Of a stretch of 64,000 bases of DNA, positions 47,237 through 56,642 are shown piece after piece (the first letter of the stretch is position 1; the number at the start of each line of letters is the position of its first letter). The DNA is from a virus. The notes beneath the pieces are model-generated. The model ran no database searches, was not told where the DNA came from, and was given only the letters and a program-made list of their open reading frames with translations. The DNA is taken from IMG/VR virus record IMGVR_UViG_3300035228_001078; one strand, written 5' to 3'. The position numbers and the translations under genes were made by a program.

Positions 47237-47458
47237 CTACCAATCAGGATATTCCCATCGTGAAGATTTGCCCGACTTCCTAGTTTTTCGGATTCTATTT
47301 TTAGTACATTCTTTACACTCATAAGAATATGATGATGGACCACTAGTTTTTCTAATTTTATAAAAATCAGAAGTAAGGTCCTTTGTCAAACGACAAGTTC
47401 TACATTTCCTTTCTGTAAAGACAAAATGCTCTAACTCAAACTCTTCCTTGAAATCCAC
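47237..47458 (-). CDS. Small Zn-finger protein
   Basis: CRTC...FY...SYECKEC...WEYPDW. GTG start. Confidence 0.7.
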   Translation of the reverse strand: MDFKEEFELEHFVFTERKCRTCRLTKDLTSDFYKIRKTSGPSSYSYECKECTKNRIRKTRKSGKSSRWEYPDW

Positions 47459-47459
47459 A

Positions 47460-49127
47460 TTAATAATACTCCCACATATATGACGAGTCACCATATGTAG
47501 ATGATATTTCCTTATCTACTGACCATTTTGTACCATCGCTCTCGGTAATAATATCCTCATCTAATCCATCACTAATAAAACCGAATGGTGCCATGTCCTG
47601 TTCAATCTGCTCTTTTTGCTCCTCATAGATTCGTTTACGGACATCATTATCCGTCATCTCTCGGAAGTAATCCTGAGCAACTAACCAGGCAAAGATAACC
47701 AAGCACATTGCAAGGTCATCATGACAACCATCTTCTGCCTCCCACGATTGTTTCTTCTGTACAAATGTAGTAAGTTCAGCAATGATATCATAATCATTAG
47801 TCGTGAGCTTGTCTTCTTCTACCAACGCTTTGAGGTTGGAGCATCCAGTCTTTTTAACAGCAGCAGTCATTCTGACTCCCATCTGCGTTTTCTTACCAGA
47901 GAACCCAGATCCAACAAGTTGACCTGCTCTACCTCTCATAGAACACATCAGCATATTCTCATATTCTAAATCGTATTGTAAAATTGTCGCAACTTGATCA
48001 CCAATATCATTCACCTCAACTAATACATAAGCTTCGTTGTATGCCCTTGCCATATCCAAAATAATATTTGGAAACAGCATCGGTTTAATTTCATTATTCT
48101 TATATCGCGCTACAGTTTTATATGGGAACTGTGTGATATCAAAAACTATAAATGCAGAGTAATCATGATCAATGCCTCTAGCCGTGTCAACAGTCATAAT
48201 ATAATTGTTTTCCTTCTTTGGGGTCTCGTATACCACGAGACCTTTTCCATTATTCTGTATTGGATCTTCAAAAACAAGATTGCGTAGCTTAGAGACGCTA
48301 ATTAATGTATCAACAGATCCAAGGAATTCGCACTCAAACTCAACCTTAAACTGTTGATCTGATGTGTTAGCAATAGTCTGTCGTTTCCATTCAGCATCTC
48401 TACCAGGAACCTCAGACCAGTGAACCTCTGTAGCTTTATATTCATTCTTCCCTCTCTCTGCGTTGTGCCAATATCTATAGAAATGGTTCATGCCGTGAGG
48501 CGTTGAAACCATAATTACCTTTGTGCTTTTACCAGAAGTAATAGTAGGATAAACAGAGGCAAAGAACGACTCTGCAATATGGTTTGGAACGAACGCAAAC
48601 TCATCGAGGAAGATGATGTTAAACGACATGCCTCGGACAGCACTTGCAGATGTAGATGCTGCCAATATCTTACTGCCATTCTCCAGCTCCATCGATCCTT
48701 TATTCCAGGATAGTATACCCTGCTGCATCCATTTAGGCAAGTTCTCATAGGCAGTTTGTAACCTGCCTAACAACTCTCTTGCAGTTGCTGCTTTGTTAGC
48801 AAGGATACCTACATTAACACTATCATTAAAAACAATAAAATGTAAGAGATAAGATACACATGTAGTAGACTTACCAGTCTGTCTTGGCATCTTACAGATA
48901 TTAAATCTGTGCTCATGGAAGTTCTTAATCAATTTCTCTTGGAAGTCCCACATCTTGAAAGGCACCAAACCTTCGTCAAGAGAGACAATCTTTACATAGT
49001 TCTTTGTGAAATAAATTGGATCTTGCTTGCATTTAATCCATTCCTCAACCTGCTTCTTAGTGAAGTTGATTGCGGTATTTGCTTTTTTTAGATTAGGATT
49101 ACCTAGATAGATTTCATTTTGACTCAT
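47460..49127 (-). CDS. gp17: Terminase large subunit
   Basis: PRQTGKST, LDEFAF, STPHGMNHFY, HDDLAM. Confidence 0.98.
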   Translation of the reverse strand: MSQNEIYLGNPNLKKANTAINFTKKQVEEWIKCKQDPIYFTKNYVKIVSLDEGLVPFKMWDFQEKLIKNFHEHRFNICKMPRQTGKSTTCVSYLLHFIVFNDSVNVGILANKAATARELLGRLQTAYENLPKWMQQGILSWNKGSMELENGSKILAASTSASAVRGMSFNIIFLDEFAFVPNHIAESFFASVYPTITSGKSTKVIMVSTPHGMNHFYRYWHNAERGKNEYKATEVHWSEVPGRDAEWKRQTIANTSDQQFKVEFECEFLGSVDTLISVSKLRNLVFEDPIQNNGKGLVVYETPKKENNYIMTVDTARGIDHDYSAFIVFDITQFPYKTVARYKNNEIKPMLFPNIILDMARAYNEAYVLVEVNDIGDQVATILQYDLEYENMLMCSMRGRAGQLVGSGFSGKKTQMGVRMTAAVKKTGCSNLKALVEEDKLTTNDYDIIAELTTFVQKKQSWEAEDGCHDDLAMCLVIFAWLVAQDYFREMTDNDVRKRIYEEQKEQIEQDMAPFGFISDGLDEDIITESDGTKWSVDKEISSTYGDSSYMWEYY

Positions 49128-49263
49128 CTTCTAGTTCAGCAAATGCTATCTTTAATATGTATGCAATATATCCAAACGATAATGCGACAGCAAGGATAGT
49201 CAAGATAATTACCGACCATACAGGATCAGCTGGATTATCAAGAGGACGCAATAATAAATTCAT
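49114..49263 (-). CDS. Small membrane protein (49 aa)
   Basis: Manual translation MNLLLRPLDNPADPVWSVIILTILAVALSFGYIAYILKIAFAELEDESK. Confidence 0.6.
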   Translation of the reverse strand: MNLLLRPLDNPADPVWSVIILTILAVALSFGYIAYILKIAFAELEDESK

Positions 49264-49266
49264 TAC

Positions 49267-49470
49267 TCATGAGTCAAAATATTTCTGAAGAACTTCAATG
49301 CGTTCTTCTTCATGTGCAATCACATCAAGTTGATCCTGAATAGAAGCAAGTACATCAGGATGCTCTCCAATACCTACAGGATATTTAAGGTAGATCTCAA
49401 TGTTGAGTCTTGCCTTCTCAATATTGCCGGTGGCATTTGCTTTAAGAGCTTTTAAAATTTCATTTCTCAT
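49267..49470 (-). CDS. Small conserved hypothetical protein
   Basis: NIEIYLKYPVGIGEHPD motif. Confidence 0.8.
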   Translation of the reverse strand: MRNEILKALKANATGNIEKARLNIEIYLKYPVGIGEHPDVLASIQDQLDVIAHEEERIEVLQKYFDS

Positions 49471-49473
49471 TGT

Positions 49474-49641
49474 TTAATAATTCCAATTTTCCCAAGGATC
49501 TTCATTATGTAGACATGATCTTGGATGCTTCCATTGATCAGAAGATTTTAAATTATCTAGTTGGGTTTCCAGCTTCCAAACCTCAAGTTTCAGCATCAAA
49601 TTTTGTTCTCGCAATTTGCGAAGTTCTTTTTTCAGGCTCAT
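49474..49641 (-). CDS. Small hypothetical protein (55 aa)
   Basis: Manual translation MSLKKELRKLREQNLMLKLEVWKLETQLDNLKSSDQWKHPRSCLHNEDPWENWNY. Confidence 0.55.
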   Translation of the reverse strand: MSLKKELRKLREQNLMLKLEVWKLETQLDNLKSSDQWKHPRSCLHNEDPWENWNY

Positions 49642-49753
49642 TTTGTTTTACATTGCAAGTTAATTCACATAGGGCACCAGTGTATTCTGAGTCTGGTATG
49701 AAGGGTTCAGATCCACAGACTGCACTCCTACACCATTTAATTCCCCCAGACAT
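49583..49753 (-). CDS. Small Cys-containing hypothetical protein (56 aa)
   Basis: Manual translation MSGGIKWCRSAVCGSEPFIPDSEYTGALCELTC.... Overlaps its neighbours. Confidence 0.4.
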   Translation of the reverse strand: MSGGIKWCRSAVCGSEPFIPDSEYTGALCELTCNVKQNEPEKRTSQIARTKFDAET

Positions 49754-49940
49754 CCCATCTGTCCTTAAAGTAGAAGTTGACTTCTGTTAGTGTTCCTGTT
49801 GGAGTATCCTCCGCAGACTCTGCCCATCTCTCACAAAATTTATGTACAGATTCTGAACCATTGACAGTTGGAACACCATACATTCTAGAGAATGCACACA
49901 TAGCAAAGTTAAATCTAGTCTTGTTTTTTTCTTGATACAT
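49737..49940 (-). CDS. Small hypothetical protein
   Basis: 67 aa, FSRMYGV...FCERWA. Confidence 0.65.
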   Translation of the reverse strand: MYQEKNKTRFNFAMCAFSRMYGVPTVNGSESVHKFCERWAESAEDTPTGTLTEVNFYFKDRWDVWGN

Positions 49941-49943
49941 GAT

Positions 49944-50405
49944 TTAATTTGGTGCTAATGATTTAAAAATTTTAGAGCAAGTATCAATAGCATAAGGTGC
50001 TCCATATACTCCAGAGAAGATATAGGATATACCCAACTTAGAGCAATACTTCTCAAGCTCCTGACATTTTGTTATGTCACTGTTACTATGATCAATAATG
50101 ATATCACCCTCTTCAAGTAATGGTAGTAACTCATCAAGTATGTCTTCTGCCTTTTGCTCTGGGAGTGTAATCTGAAAGATACCAGGAATTCTACCAGAAC
50201 TAGTATATTGCTTGCTATCAGATTTAACTGCTTGAACAAGATACTCTAATGAAGTTACACATCCACTAATATATCCTGCTTCATATTGTCCACAGGCACT
50301 TTCATAGTTAGTGCTACTGTAACCCCAAACTTCAATTCCCTTTTCAATCATACGGCGGGACATACCTTCACCAGTACGACCCAAACCAATCATTCCAACT
50401 TTCAT
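49944..50405 (-). CDS. Gnd (6-phosphogluconate dehydrogenase)-derived Rossmann domain only
   Basis: MKVGMIGLGRTGEGMSRRM, PGIFQ, GDIIIDHSNS. Ends at 153 aa with no catalytic or dimerisation domain. Confidence 0.8.
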   Translation of the reverse strand: MKVGMIGLGRTGEGMSRRMIEKGIEVWGYSSTNYESACGQYEAGYISGCVTSLEYLVQAVKSDSKQYTSSGRIPGIFQITLPEQKAEDILDELLPLLEEGDIIIDHSNSDITKCQELEKYCSKLGISYIFSGVYGAPYAIDTCSKIFKSLAPN

Positions 50406-50412
50406 AATTCTC

Positions 50413-50628
50413 CTATAAACTAATTTTTAACCAAGGTAATAGTGGGGGGATCACTCCGATGAGCCTGAGGAGACCTTCAGCAAACAGAGAGAGAACAACC
50501 CAACCGACACACATAGAAATAATTCCAGCATTACGGTTGTGTTTACGAATGGCGTCATCGATCATCTCCTGACATTTCTCTTCAGTCACATGGTGACTAG
50601 GTTTAATTTCAGTCATTCGGTGGGGCAC
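50413..50628 (-). CDS. Small membrane protein
   Basis: IDDAIRKHNRNA followed by a TM helix. Confidence 0.7.
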   Translation of the reverse strand: MPHRMTEIKPSHHVTEEKCQEMIDDAIRKHNRNAGIISMCVGWVVLSLFAEGLLRLIGVIPPLLPWLKISL

Positions 50629-50632
50629 TATT

Positions 50633-50923
50633 TTAGTAAAGCTCTTCCTCTGCTTCTGCTTTGATTACACAGTTAGAAGTGGGATATGAAACGCATAGGA
50701 GTGCAAATCCTGCTTCCATCTGATCGTCGTCTAAAAATGATTGCTCTTCTTGATTGACAGTTCCTGATTCAATCTTACCAGCGCATGAAGAACATGCACC
50801 AGCGCGACAAGAGTATGGTAAATCAATACCTTGCTCCTCAGCCTCGTCAAGAATGTAAGAATCTTCTGGACACTCGAAAGAGGTTTCGGTGCCGTCTGTT
50901 TGCTTGATTAAAATTGAATACAT
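50633..50923 (-). CDS. petF: Plant-type [2Fe-2S] ferredoxin
   Basis: [13 protein letters not shown]...LLCV. Confidence 0.97.
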   Translation of the reverse strand: MYSILIKQTDGTETSFECPEDSYILDEAEEQGIDLPYSCRAGACSSCAGKIESGTVNQEEQSFLDDDQMEAGFALLCVSYPTSNCVIKAEAEEELY

Positions 50924-50924
50924 A

Positions 50925-51248
50925 CTAATCTACATGAATTGTGCCAGTCATCCCTGCGCTCTGATGAGGACCACAGAAGAAGTTATAGTCCCCTGCGTCA
51001 GCAAATAGGACATCTTGTGATTCCCCAGGAGCAAACAACAGTGCTTCTCTGGAGAGATCAGGACGCGCCTCAACAATAATATTGTGAGGAGGTAGTGATT
51101 CATTAATAAAATGAACCGTATCACCTGCAGAGATTGTAATCTCATTCGGCGTAAATACTAGGTTGCCATTAGCACCCATTGTGACATCTACTGCCCATGC
51201 AGGTAAAGCAAGGAACAGTGAAGCGATTAGGACAAATAAAGGCTTCAT
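50925..51248 (-). CDS. petE: Plastocyanin
   Basis: Signal peptide ending AWA, PHN, Cu ligands in CGPHQSAGM. Confidence 0.95.
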   Translation of the reverse strand: MKPLFVLIASLFLALPAWAVDVTMGANGNLVFTPNEITISAGDTVHFINESLPPHNIIVEARPDLSREALLFAPGESQDVLFADAGDYNFFCGPHQSAGMTGTIHVD

Positions 51249-51317
51249 TGAATGAAGTGTTTGCAACTATACTATCTAGTTATCTTCTTAGATTGTATAA
51301 AAAGCAATATCAGGACT

Positions 51318-51626
51318 TCAAAACTCAAATCCCATCTCATCTCCAAGATCTCTCATTTTCTCCATTGCATCTTTCTTTTCTTTCATTACTCCGTCAATAT
51401 ATCCCATCCTATACTCCCAAGTCTGTCCACCATCCTTACCCTTCAAAGGATTAATGCACTGCTCATCGCCTAGTTTATTACAAACAAGACCAGCAAGGTC
51501 AAGCTCACTAGAATTAGATGAACCGCCAGTGCCACGCCAGACATGAGTTCCATTAATCCAGGTTGCTCCACACTTCTCACATTCTTTACGCTCTAGTTTA
51601 AAATCTGAAAATTCCTTGTCAGACAT
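51318..51626 (-). CDS. Conserved Cys-containing hypothetical protein
   Basis: CEKCGATWING.H.W..G...DLAGLVCN...CINP. Confidence 0.75.
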   Translation of the reverse strand: MSDKEFSDFKLERKECEKCGATWINGTHVWRGTGGSSNSSELDLAGLVCNKLGDEQCINPLKGKDGGQTWEYRMGYIDGVMKEKKDAMEKMRDLGDEMGFEF

Positions 51627-51692
51627 AATTACTCCTAGATCAGACATCATCACCCCTATAGGATATCCTACAGATACATTATAGCCTATTTA

Positions 51693-52250
51693 TTAGCAGT
51701 TCCACGCCCTAAGAGACTTATTAATCCTGCTATCGGGATCGCCTGCTGTCTTCTTAGATGTAAGTTTCTTCTTCATGCCTTTCATTCGCGCACAAAAACT
51801 CGCTCTACGAGGGTTCCCAACTTTTTTTGAAGGTGCCTTAAGATCGCTTCCTGGGTTTTGACGCTCATACGACTTCCGTCCTTTTTCATTTAATCCACCT
51901 TCACTGTTTTTACCTGACTTTTTCTGCCAGTCTTCGCCCATCATTTTACTATCAACATTCTTTTGACTAAAATCCCAGTTCTTTGGATCTCCCTTGAGGA
52001 TTTTATTCAAAGTATTCATTCTTCTCTGCTGAGCTTTCTTTATCCCAGCTGAGTTATCAATGGTATCCCCTATCTGATATTGTCCAGGCGGACTGGGATC
52101 GTCATGATTTCTCATGCCAGGAGGTTTAGCTTCATTCATTTTCACGCACGAGTCATCAACCTTATCAGCTTCAAAGTCAGCTGTGGTTGTGACCTTTTTC
52201 TTCTTCGCTTCTGCTAAGAATGCGTCAATATCAGAGTATGTTCCGAACAT
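51693..52250 (-). CDS. Basic modular protein (C-terminal DUF6321-like module), candidate internal head protein
   Basis: FLAE|A, MNE|A and MGE|D junctions; WQKKSGKNSEGGLNEKGRKSY...RRASFCARM. TATAAATA at 52278-52285. Confidence 0.65.
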   Translation of the reverse strand: MFGTYSDIDAFLAEAKKKKVTTTADFEADKVDDSCVKMNEAKPPGMRNHDDPSPPGQYQIGDTIDNSAGIKKAQQRRMNTLNKILKGDPKNWDFSQKNVDSKMMGEDWQKKSGKNSEGGLNEKGRKSYERQNPGSDLKAPSKKVGNPRRASFCARMKGMKKKLTSKKTAGDPDSRINKSLRAWNC

Positions 52251-52285
52251 GTTACGGACGAACTGTTTCCTGAATAATATTTATA

Positions 52286-52714
52286 TTACATTTTATATGA
52301 GTCGTCAGTAGTAATTTTGATTGGTCCCTGCTCAAGACGAATAGTCTGTGCAGGTGCAGTCTGTGCTGCTTTCTCAATCAATCTTTCCATCTGGTCTTTG
52401 GTAATTCCACCACCACCACTACCACCTTCTCCAGCTTTCTTTGCTGCCTGGACACCAAAAGTAGCTAAAACCCCCGTGAAGACGCTGGCTATGAAAGTCG
52501 GATCTAGTTTTTGTTCAGGAATTCCAAGTGCTGGTGGAAGTTTGATGTATGCCAGCGTGAGTATTCCGCCAGACCAAACAAGGATGCCGAGCCTAACAAA
52601 AGTAGACAGAATAGCAAGCTGTTCTTCCTTGTCATCTGCTGCCTCCTTTATCTTTCCAAGCAGACCTTTTTTCTTAGGATCTTTGGATTCTTCCTTCTTG
52701 ACTTCTTCGGGCAT
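52286..52714 (-). CDS. Two-TM membrane protein
   Basis: VRLGILVWSGGILTLAY and DPTFIASVFTGVLATFGV. Confidence 0.75.
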   Translation of the reverse strand: MPEEVKKEESKDPKKKGLLGKIKEAADDKEEQLAILSTFVRLGILVWSGGILTLAYIKLPPALGIPEQKLDPTFIASVFTGVLATFGVQAAKKAGEGGSGGGGITKDQMERLIEKAAQTAPAQTIRLEQGPIKITTDDSYKM

Positions 52715-52735
52715 GAATCAAAAGTTATTTTATTT

Positions 52736-53149
52736 TTATTTAGAACTTTGGTTCATTTGCTTGAGCATTTTTTGCAGCTCTGCTGTAGAACCAACAAACA
52801 TTGCATTGTTTGTAACTGATGTAGGTCCCTTTTTATCTTCATCAATATCTTTTAATTTCTTTTGCAAGTCAAGGAGTTTGTCTGTAGTATCAGCAACACT
52901 CTTAATAATCTGACCTGCAACTTCATATGCTCTAGGAGATTGTGTTTGATCTGCTAGGTCCATTATACCGTTGAGAGTTTCTTGACCTTTCTCAATCAAA
53001 GAATACAAATTACCACGAGTATACTCGTAATCCTTTTGTACATCCTTATTCTCACTGGGTTTTATGGCACTAGATTCTTCTACGATTGGTTGAATATTTA
53101 CAGTCTCACTAGTTGTATTCAGCGTCTCATCAATCTTATCAAAGTTCAT
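52736..53149 (-). CDS. gp16: Terminase small subunit
   Basis: DYEYTR, PRAYEVAG, NAMFVGSTAELQK. Confidence 0.92.
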   Translation of the reverse strand: MNFDKIDETLNTTSETVNIQPIVEESSAIKPSENKDVQKDYEYTRGNLYSLIEKGQETLNGIMDLADQTQSPRAYEVAGQIIKSVADTTDKLLDLQKKLKDIDEDKKGPTSVTNNAMFVGSTAELQKMLKQMNQSSK

Positions 53150-53955
53150 ACATCCTCCTGTCTAGTAGGACTGTAGACTTTACCATCTTCAAAATCTTGT
53201 ACAGTCTCACTAAATCCAAAATCATCTCCTGGTTCTGCATCAATTGGATCAGGAACAGCAGTGTAACGCATTTCTCTCTTGGCGACTTTCTTGTCGGTAT
53301 CAGTGTAGTAATCAACCTGAACCTTACGGATAAGTCCTTCAGTGCTTTGAGCAATTGGACCAAACAGATATGTCTTTGCTTGGAATGTAAGTGTATATGT
53401 TAAGACTCTTCTAGAAGAAAAATCACCTTCATACTCATCGCTAAATGAAATATTTTCTAAGATAATAGGAATGTCTCGTTTCTCTCCAATACTACTAATT
53501 AGATCAACTGTTACATTAAATGATGGTTGGAAGAACGGCAGAATTTGTTCGATAATTTGTAGTGCATCATCATTCAACTTGCACATGATATTTAATTCAA
53601 ACCCAACATTATATGGAACTGGTAAAAATACTTTTTTTATTTTATCGCCATCAGATGTATCAACAGCTTTAAATGTTTTTGTTACTGATGTTTTTCTACT
53701 AGGATCATATGAGATGGAATTCATCTCAAATGACATTCTTGGCAGCGTAATTGCTGTTGCTTTATTTAATTCTGCTTGTTGTAAAATCTTTGCTAAGAAT
53801 TTTGATTTTGGTCCATATGAAAGAGGGACATTCAAATCACTAATTATATTAGATCCGTCCCTATCAGTTTTTTGTACATGAATATCATTAAACAGTGTGC
53901 CAAAAGCGATCACCGTTTTACGAAGAATTTCATGATAGAAATATGTTCCTAACAT
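53146..53955 (-). CDS. gp15: Tail sheath stabiliser / completion protein
   Basis: YFYHEILRK..IAFGTLFN, TLPRMSFE, QILPFFQP. Confidence 0.94.
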   Translation of the reverse strand: MLGTYFYHEILRKTVIAFGTLFNDIHVQKTDRDGSNIISDLNVPLSYGPKSKFLAKILQQAELNKATAITLPRMSFEMNSISYDPSRKTSVTKTFKAVDTSDGDKIKKVFLPVPYNVGFELNIMCKLNDDALQIIEQILPFFQPSFNVTVDLISSIGEKRDIPIILENISFSDEYEGDFSSRRVLTYTLTFQAKTYLFGPIAQSTEGLIRKVQVDYYTDTDKKVAKREMRYTAVPDPIDAEPGDDFGFSETVQDFEDGKVYSPTRQEDV

Positions 53956-56642
53956 CAGAAGTTACCAAATGGATTTTTCTCTGTGAAGTCGAGAATGTTA
54001 TCTGCTACAATCTCGAATTCATCATTAAGAGTAAATGGGCTAGTAGTGTCAATTCCAGTGTGAGACAGAATTTGATATCTGGCAGATGATGCAGTTCCTG
54101 TTATGAACTCACCAGGGAAGAATACGCCATTATTTATTGTGAGTTTTAGTTTTCTTTCAACTTCGTTCCACTCTTGCACATAAGCCTCTGTTCCAGACCG
54201 GGATCCAATAACTCTTTCATTGAAGAAATAAGTTCCAACACCTAGGGATAGGGGATCTCCAATAGTGATTAGTGGTGGAGCCTCATATCCAGATCCAGCA
54301 TTGGTGAGGAAGATTCTACTGAGACCATTACCGCCAAGAATAGAGATTGCAGTTGCTTGTACTTGACCTGGTTTGACTCCTGTGTATAGATCAGATGTTC
54401 CTACTCCAGTCACAGAAGCGATTCCGAGAGAATCGCCATCAGCAACATAAAAAGTATCTCCAACACTAAATCCTTCTCCTCCGTCAGCAACAGAGATAGT
54501 GGAAAGAATGCCACTAATTGCAGTATAGTCAACTATCAATCCTTGACCAGAAGTGGATACCGTTACAATTCCTACATCGTTTCCAGAAGAGGCATATTGA
54601 CCACCAGATAATGCTAAAGAAGTCACCCGTCTTCCGAGAGTAACATTAGCAGCTGCTGTTGTAGTTGTTGCGGTTTCTAATGCATTGTCTGTAAATGTAA
54701 CTGGAACTGAAGCATATTCCGATTGAACATCAAGGAAAGATACGCTAAGAATGCCGTAGTGATCATAATCCGATCCACTGTTTCCTTCTTGTAACAATCT
54801 AAACCAAGTATTTGTACTTTGAGATCCTGGTGTAGCAGAAATATTAAAATCATAATTATCAAGGACACCAGTTCCAGTTCCATTAGCAACAGCTGGAATA
54901 ACAATTCCAAGATCAACCCATAATGAATTATCTGGAGTTGCCCCAATTCCGGTAGTTTGATATTGGATCTTCAGATCTTCTGTGCCAGCGACATCAGGTG
55001 TCTCACCCCCATTGGTTCCATTACCACGAACTGCATAGACTCTAGCAGTATCGACATTTGTGGTATCAACTGGATTTAATGTTGCAAATCTAGTTCCATC
55101 TGCACCACCAAATCTAAGGTGAGTTGAACCAATATTAAAACCACCGGTAGTACCAGAACCAGATCCATTTGACGCAATTGATGTTCCATTTCCAAACTCA
55201 TATATATTTGTCGAATCTGCTGTTCCAACAGTGATACCATCTAACTGAATGGTAGTTACGATACCTGAAGTAATACTAGCTGTTGCGGATTGTCCACTAG
55301 CATCTCCTCCAAGAGTGACGATGGGTGGGAATGTATATCCAGATCCACCACTTGTTATGTTAAATCTCTTTATTGTTCCTGTAGTTGAAAGTCCAGCAAT
55401 TATATCTGCTCCAGTACCAACCCCAGATTGGACAATACTAACAGCGGGAGCAGATTCGTATCCACTACCTCCACCATTTAATAGAATACCAGTAATTGCT
55501 CCATTTGTTACAGTAGTTATTGTTCCCACTGCGGCAACTGTCGGACTACCGCCACTGAAACTTAATGCAAGAGTGCTGTGGAGGTTTGATAGGTATCCAG
55601 ATCCACCAGCTGATTGGAAAGGACTAATAGATTGGACAATGCCAGTAATAGTTCTCTTAAATACATCAGAGGGACTTTGAATTGAAATAGATGGAGCACC
55701 TACATAATTTACTCCTTTATCGGTAATACGAATTGATGTGATACCGCTATTCGTAAGAGACGATGTGGCACCAGCACCTACACCAGGTCCACCAAAAGTA
55801 AACGGTGGTGGTTCTGTATACGCAAAACCTGGATTCTGTAGAACAACTTGGTCAACAGAAAATAAACCACCAGATCGTTCTGTGGTAAATGCAAACGCTG
55901 TTGCTCTAGATGAAGTAACACCAGCAGGAGATTGTCCTACAACCACAGATGGAGCGGAAGTATACCCATAACCATCATCATTCAAGAAGATTTGCTGTAC
56001 TGCACCTTGGCTAGCAAAGGAGTCAACAATAGCACTTGCAGTAGAACCAATGCCTGCGAGGGCAACAGTTGTAACTTCTCCTTCCTCTTGTGCTCTTTCG
56101 TCGATAAACGATACATTCGTATCGAACTGCTCATCTTCATAACGGAAGAGTTCGCATTGTAATTCGTAAATATAATTTTTACCAAGCTGATAGAACGGAT
56201 TTTCATGTTCTACATGCTTAACTTCAAAAAGTCTTTCGCCCAATGGGAAGTAAATTAAATCTCCTTCTTTAGGTCTCTCACCCAAAAGGACATCTGTTCC
56301 TGCATTTTTGGCGTTGTGTGTAACAACAAAGGGTGCAATAAAATCTTCGTATCTTTCTCTAGAAACTGTCAGTGTAATTTCATTCTGCAAATTGATACCA
56401 AATTTTGTCATGATATCACTGCCCTTAGCATATCCCTCAAAATTGTTTAGATACGCTTCAATAATATATGCATCATTAAATTTAGATGATTGTACTTCTC
56501 CGAGTACATCATCCGTACTAATCAGTTTTCTGGGTATGTAATATACATCAACCCCGAACATGGACAGATGCTCATCAATCAACGACTGCATCAGCCGCTG
56601 TTCATCAGGTGATCCTTGAAGAAAGAAGGGATTTAACGCCAT
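53955..56642 (-). CDS. gp14: Neck protein gp14 with large internal insertions
   Basis: N-terminal NPFFLQG...EGDLIYFP...FYQLGK, C-terminal ILDFTEKNPFG. About 600 aa of GxGY repeats plus a reelin-like domain. Confidence 0.9.
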   Translation of the reverse strand: MALNPFFLQGSPDEQRLMQSLIDEHLSMFGVDVYYIPRKLISTDDVLGEVQSSKFNDAYIIEAYLNNFEGYAKGSDIMTKFGINLQNEITLTVSRERYEDFIAPFVVTHNAKNAGTDVLLGERPKEGDLIYFPLGERLFEVKHVEHENPFYQLGKNYIYELQCELFRYEDEQFDTNVSFIDERAQEEGEVTTVALAGIGSTASAIVDSFASQGAVQQIFLNDDGYGYTSAPSVVVGQSPAGVTSSRATAFAFTTERSGGLFSVDQVVLQNPGFAYTEPPPFTFGGPGVGAGATSSLTNSGITSIRITDKGVNYVGAPSISIQSPSDVFKRTITGIVQSISPFQSAGGSGYLSNLHSTLALSFSGGSPTVAAVGTITTVTNGAITGILLNGGGSGYESAPAVSIVQSGVGTGADIIAGLSTTGTIKRFNITSGGSGYTFPPIVTLGGDASGQSATASITSGIVTTIQLDGITVGTADSTNIYEFGNGTSIASNGSGSGTTGGFNIGSTHLRFGGADGTRFATLNPVDTTNVDTARVYAVRGNGTNGGETPDVAGTEDLKIQYQTTGIGATPDNSLWVDLGIVIPAVANGTGTGVLDNYDFNISATPGSQSTNTWFRLLQEGNSGSDYDHYGILSVSFLDVQSEYASVPVTFTDNALETATTTTAAANVTLGRRVTSLALSGGQYASSGNDVGIVTVSTSGQGLIVDYTAISGILSTISVADGGEGFSVGDTFYVADGDSLGIASVTGVGTSDLYTGVKPGQVQATAISILGGNGLSRIFLTNAGSGYEAPPLITIGDPLSLGVGTYFFNERVIGSRSGTEAYVQEWNEVERKLKLTINNGVFFPGEFITGTASSARYQILSHTGIDTTSPFTLNDEFEIVADNILDFTEKNPFGNF

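Noticed and set aside
4029-49127. Inteins or group I introns in nrdA, nrdB, gp41, gp43, gp17 or gp20
   Set aside because: All ORFs are uninterrupted and of normal length, with no intein splice motifs or LAGLIDADG inserts seen
49530-49560. Possible slippery TTTAAAA frameshift in the small ORF at 49474-49641
   Set aside because: On recounting, the frame is continuous (DNLKSSDQW), so no frameshift is needed
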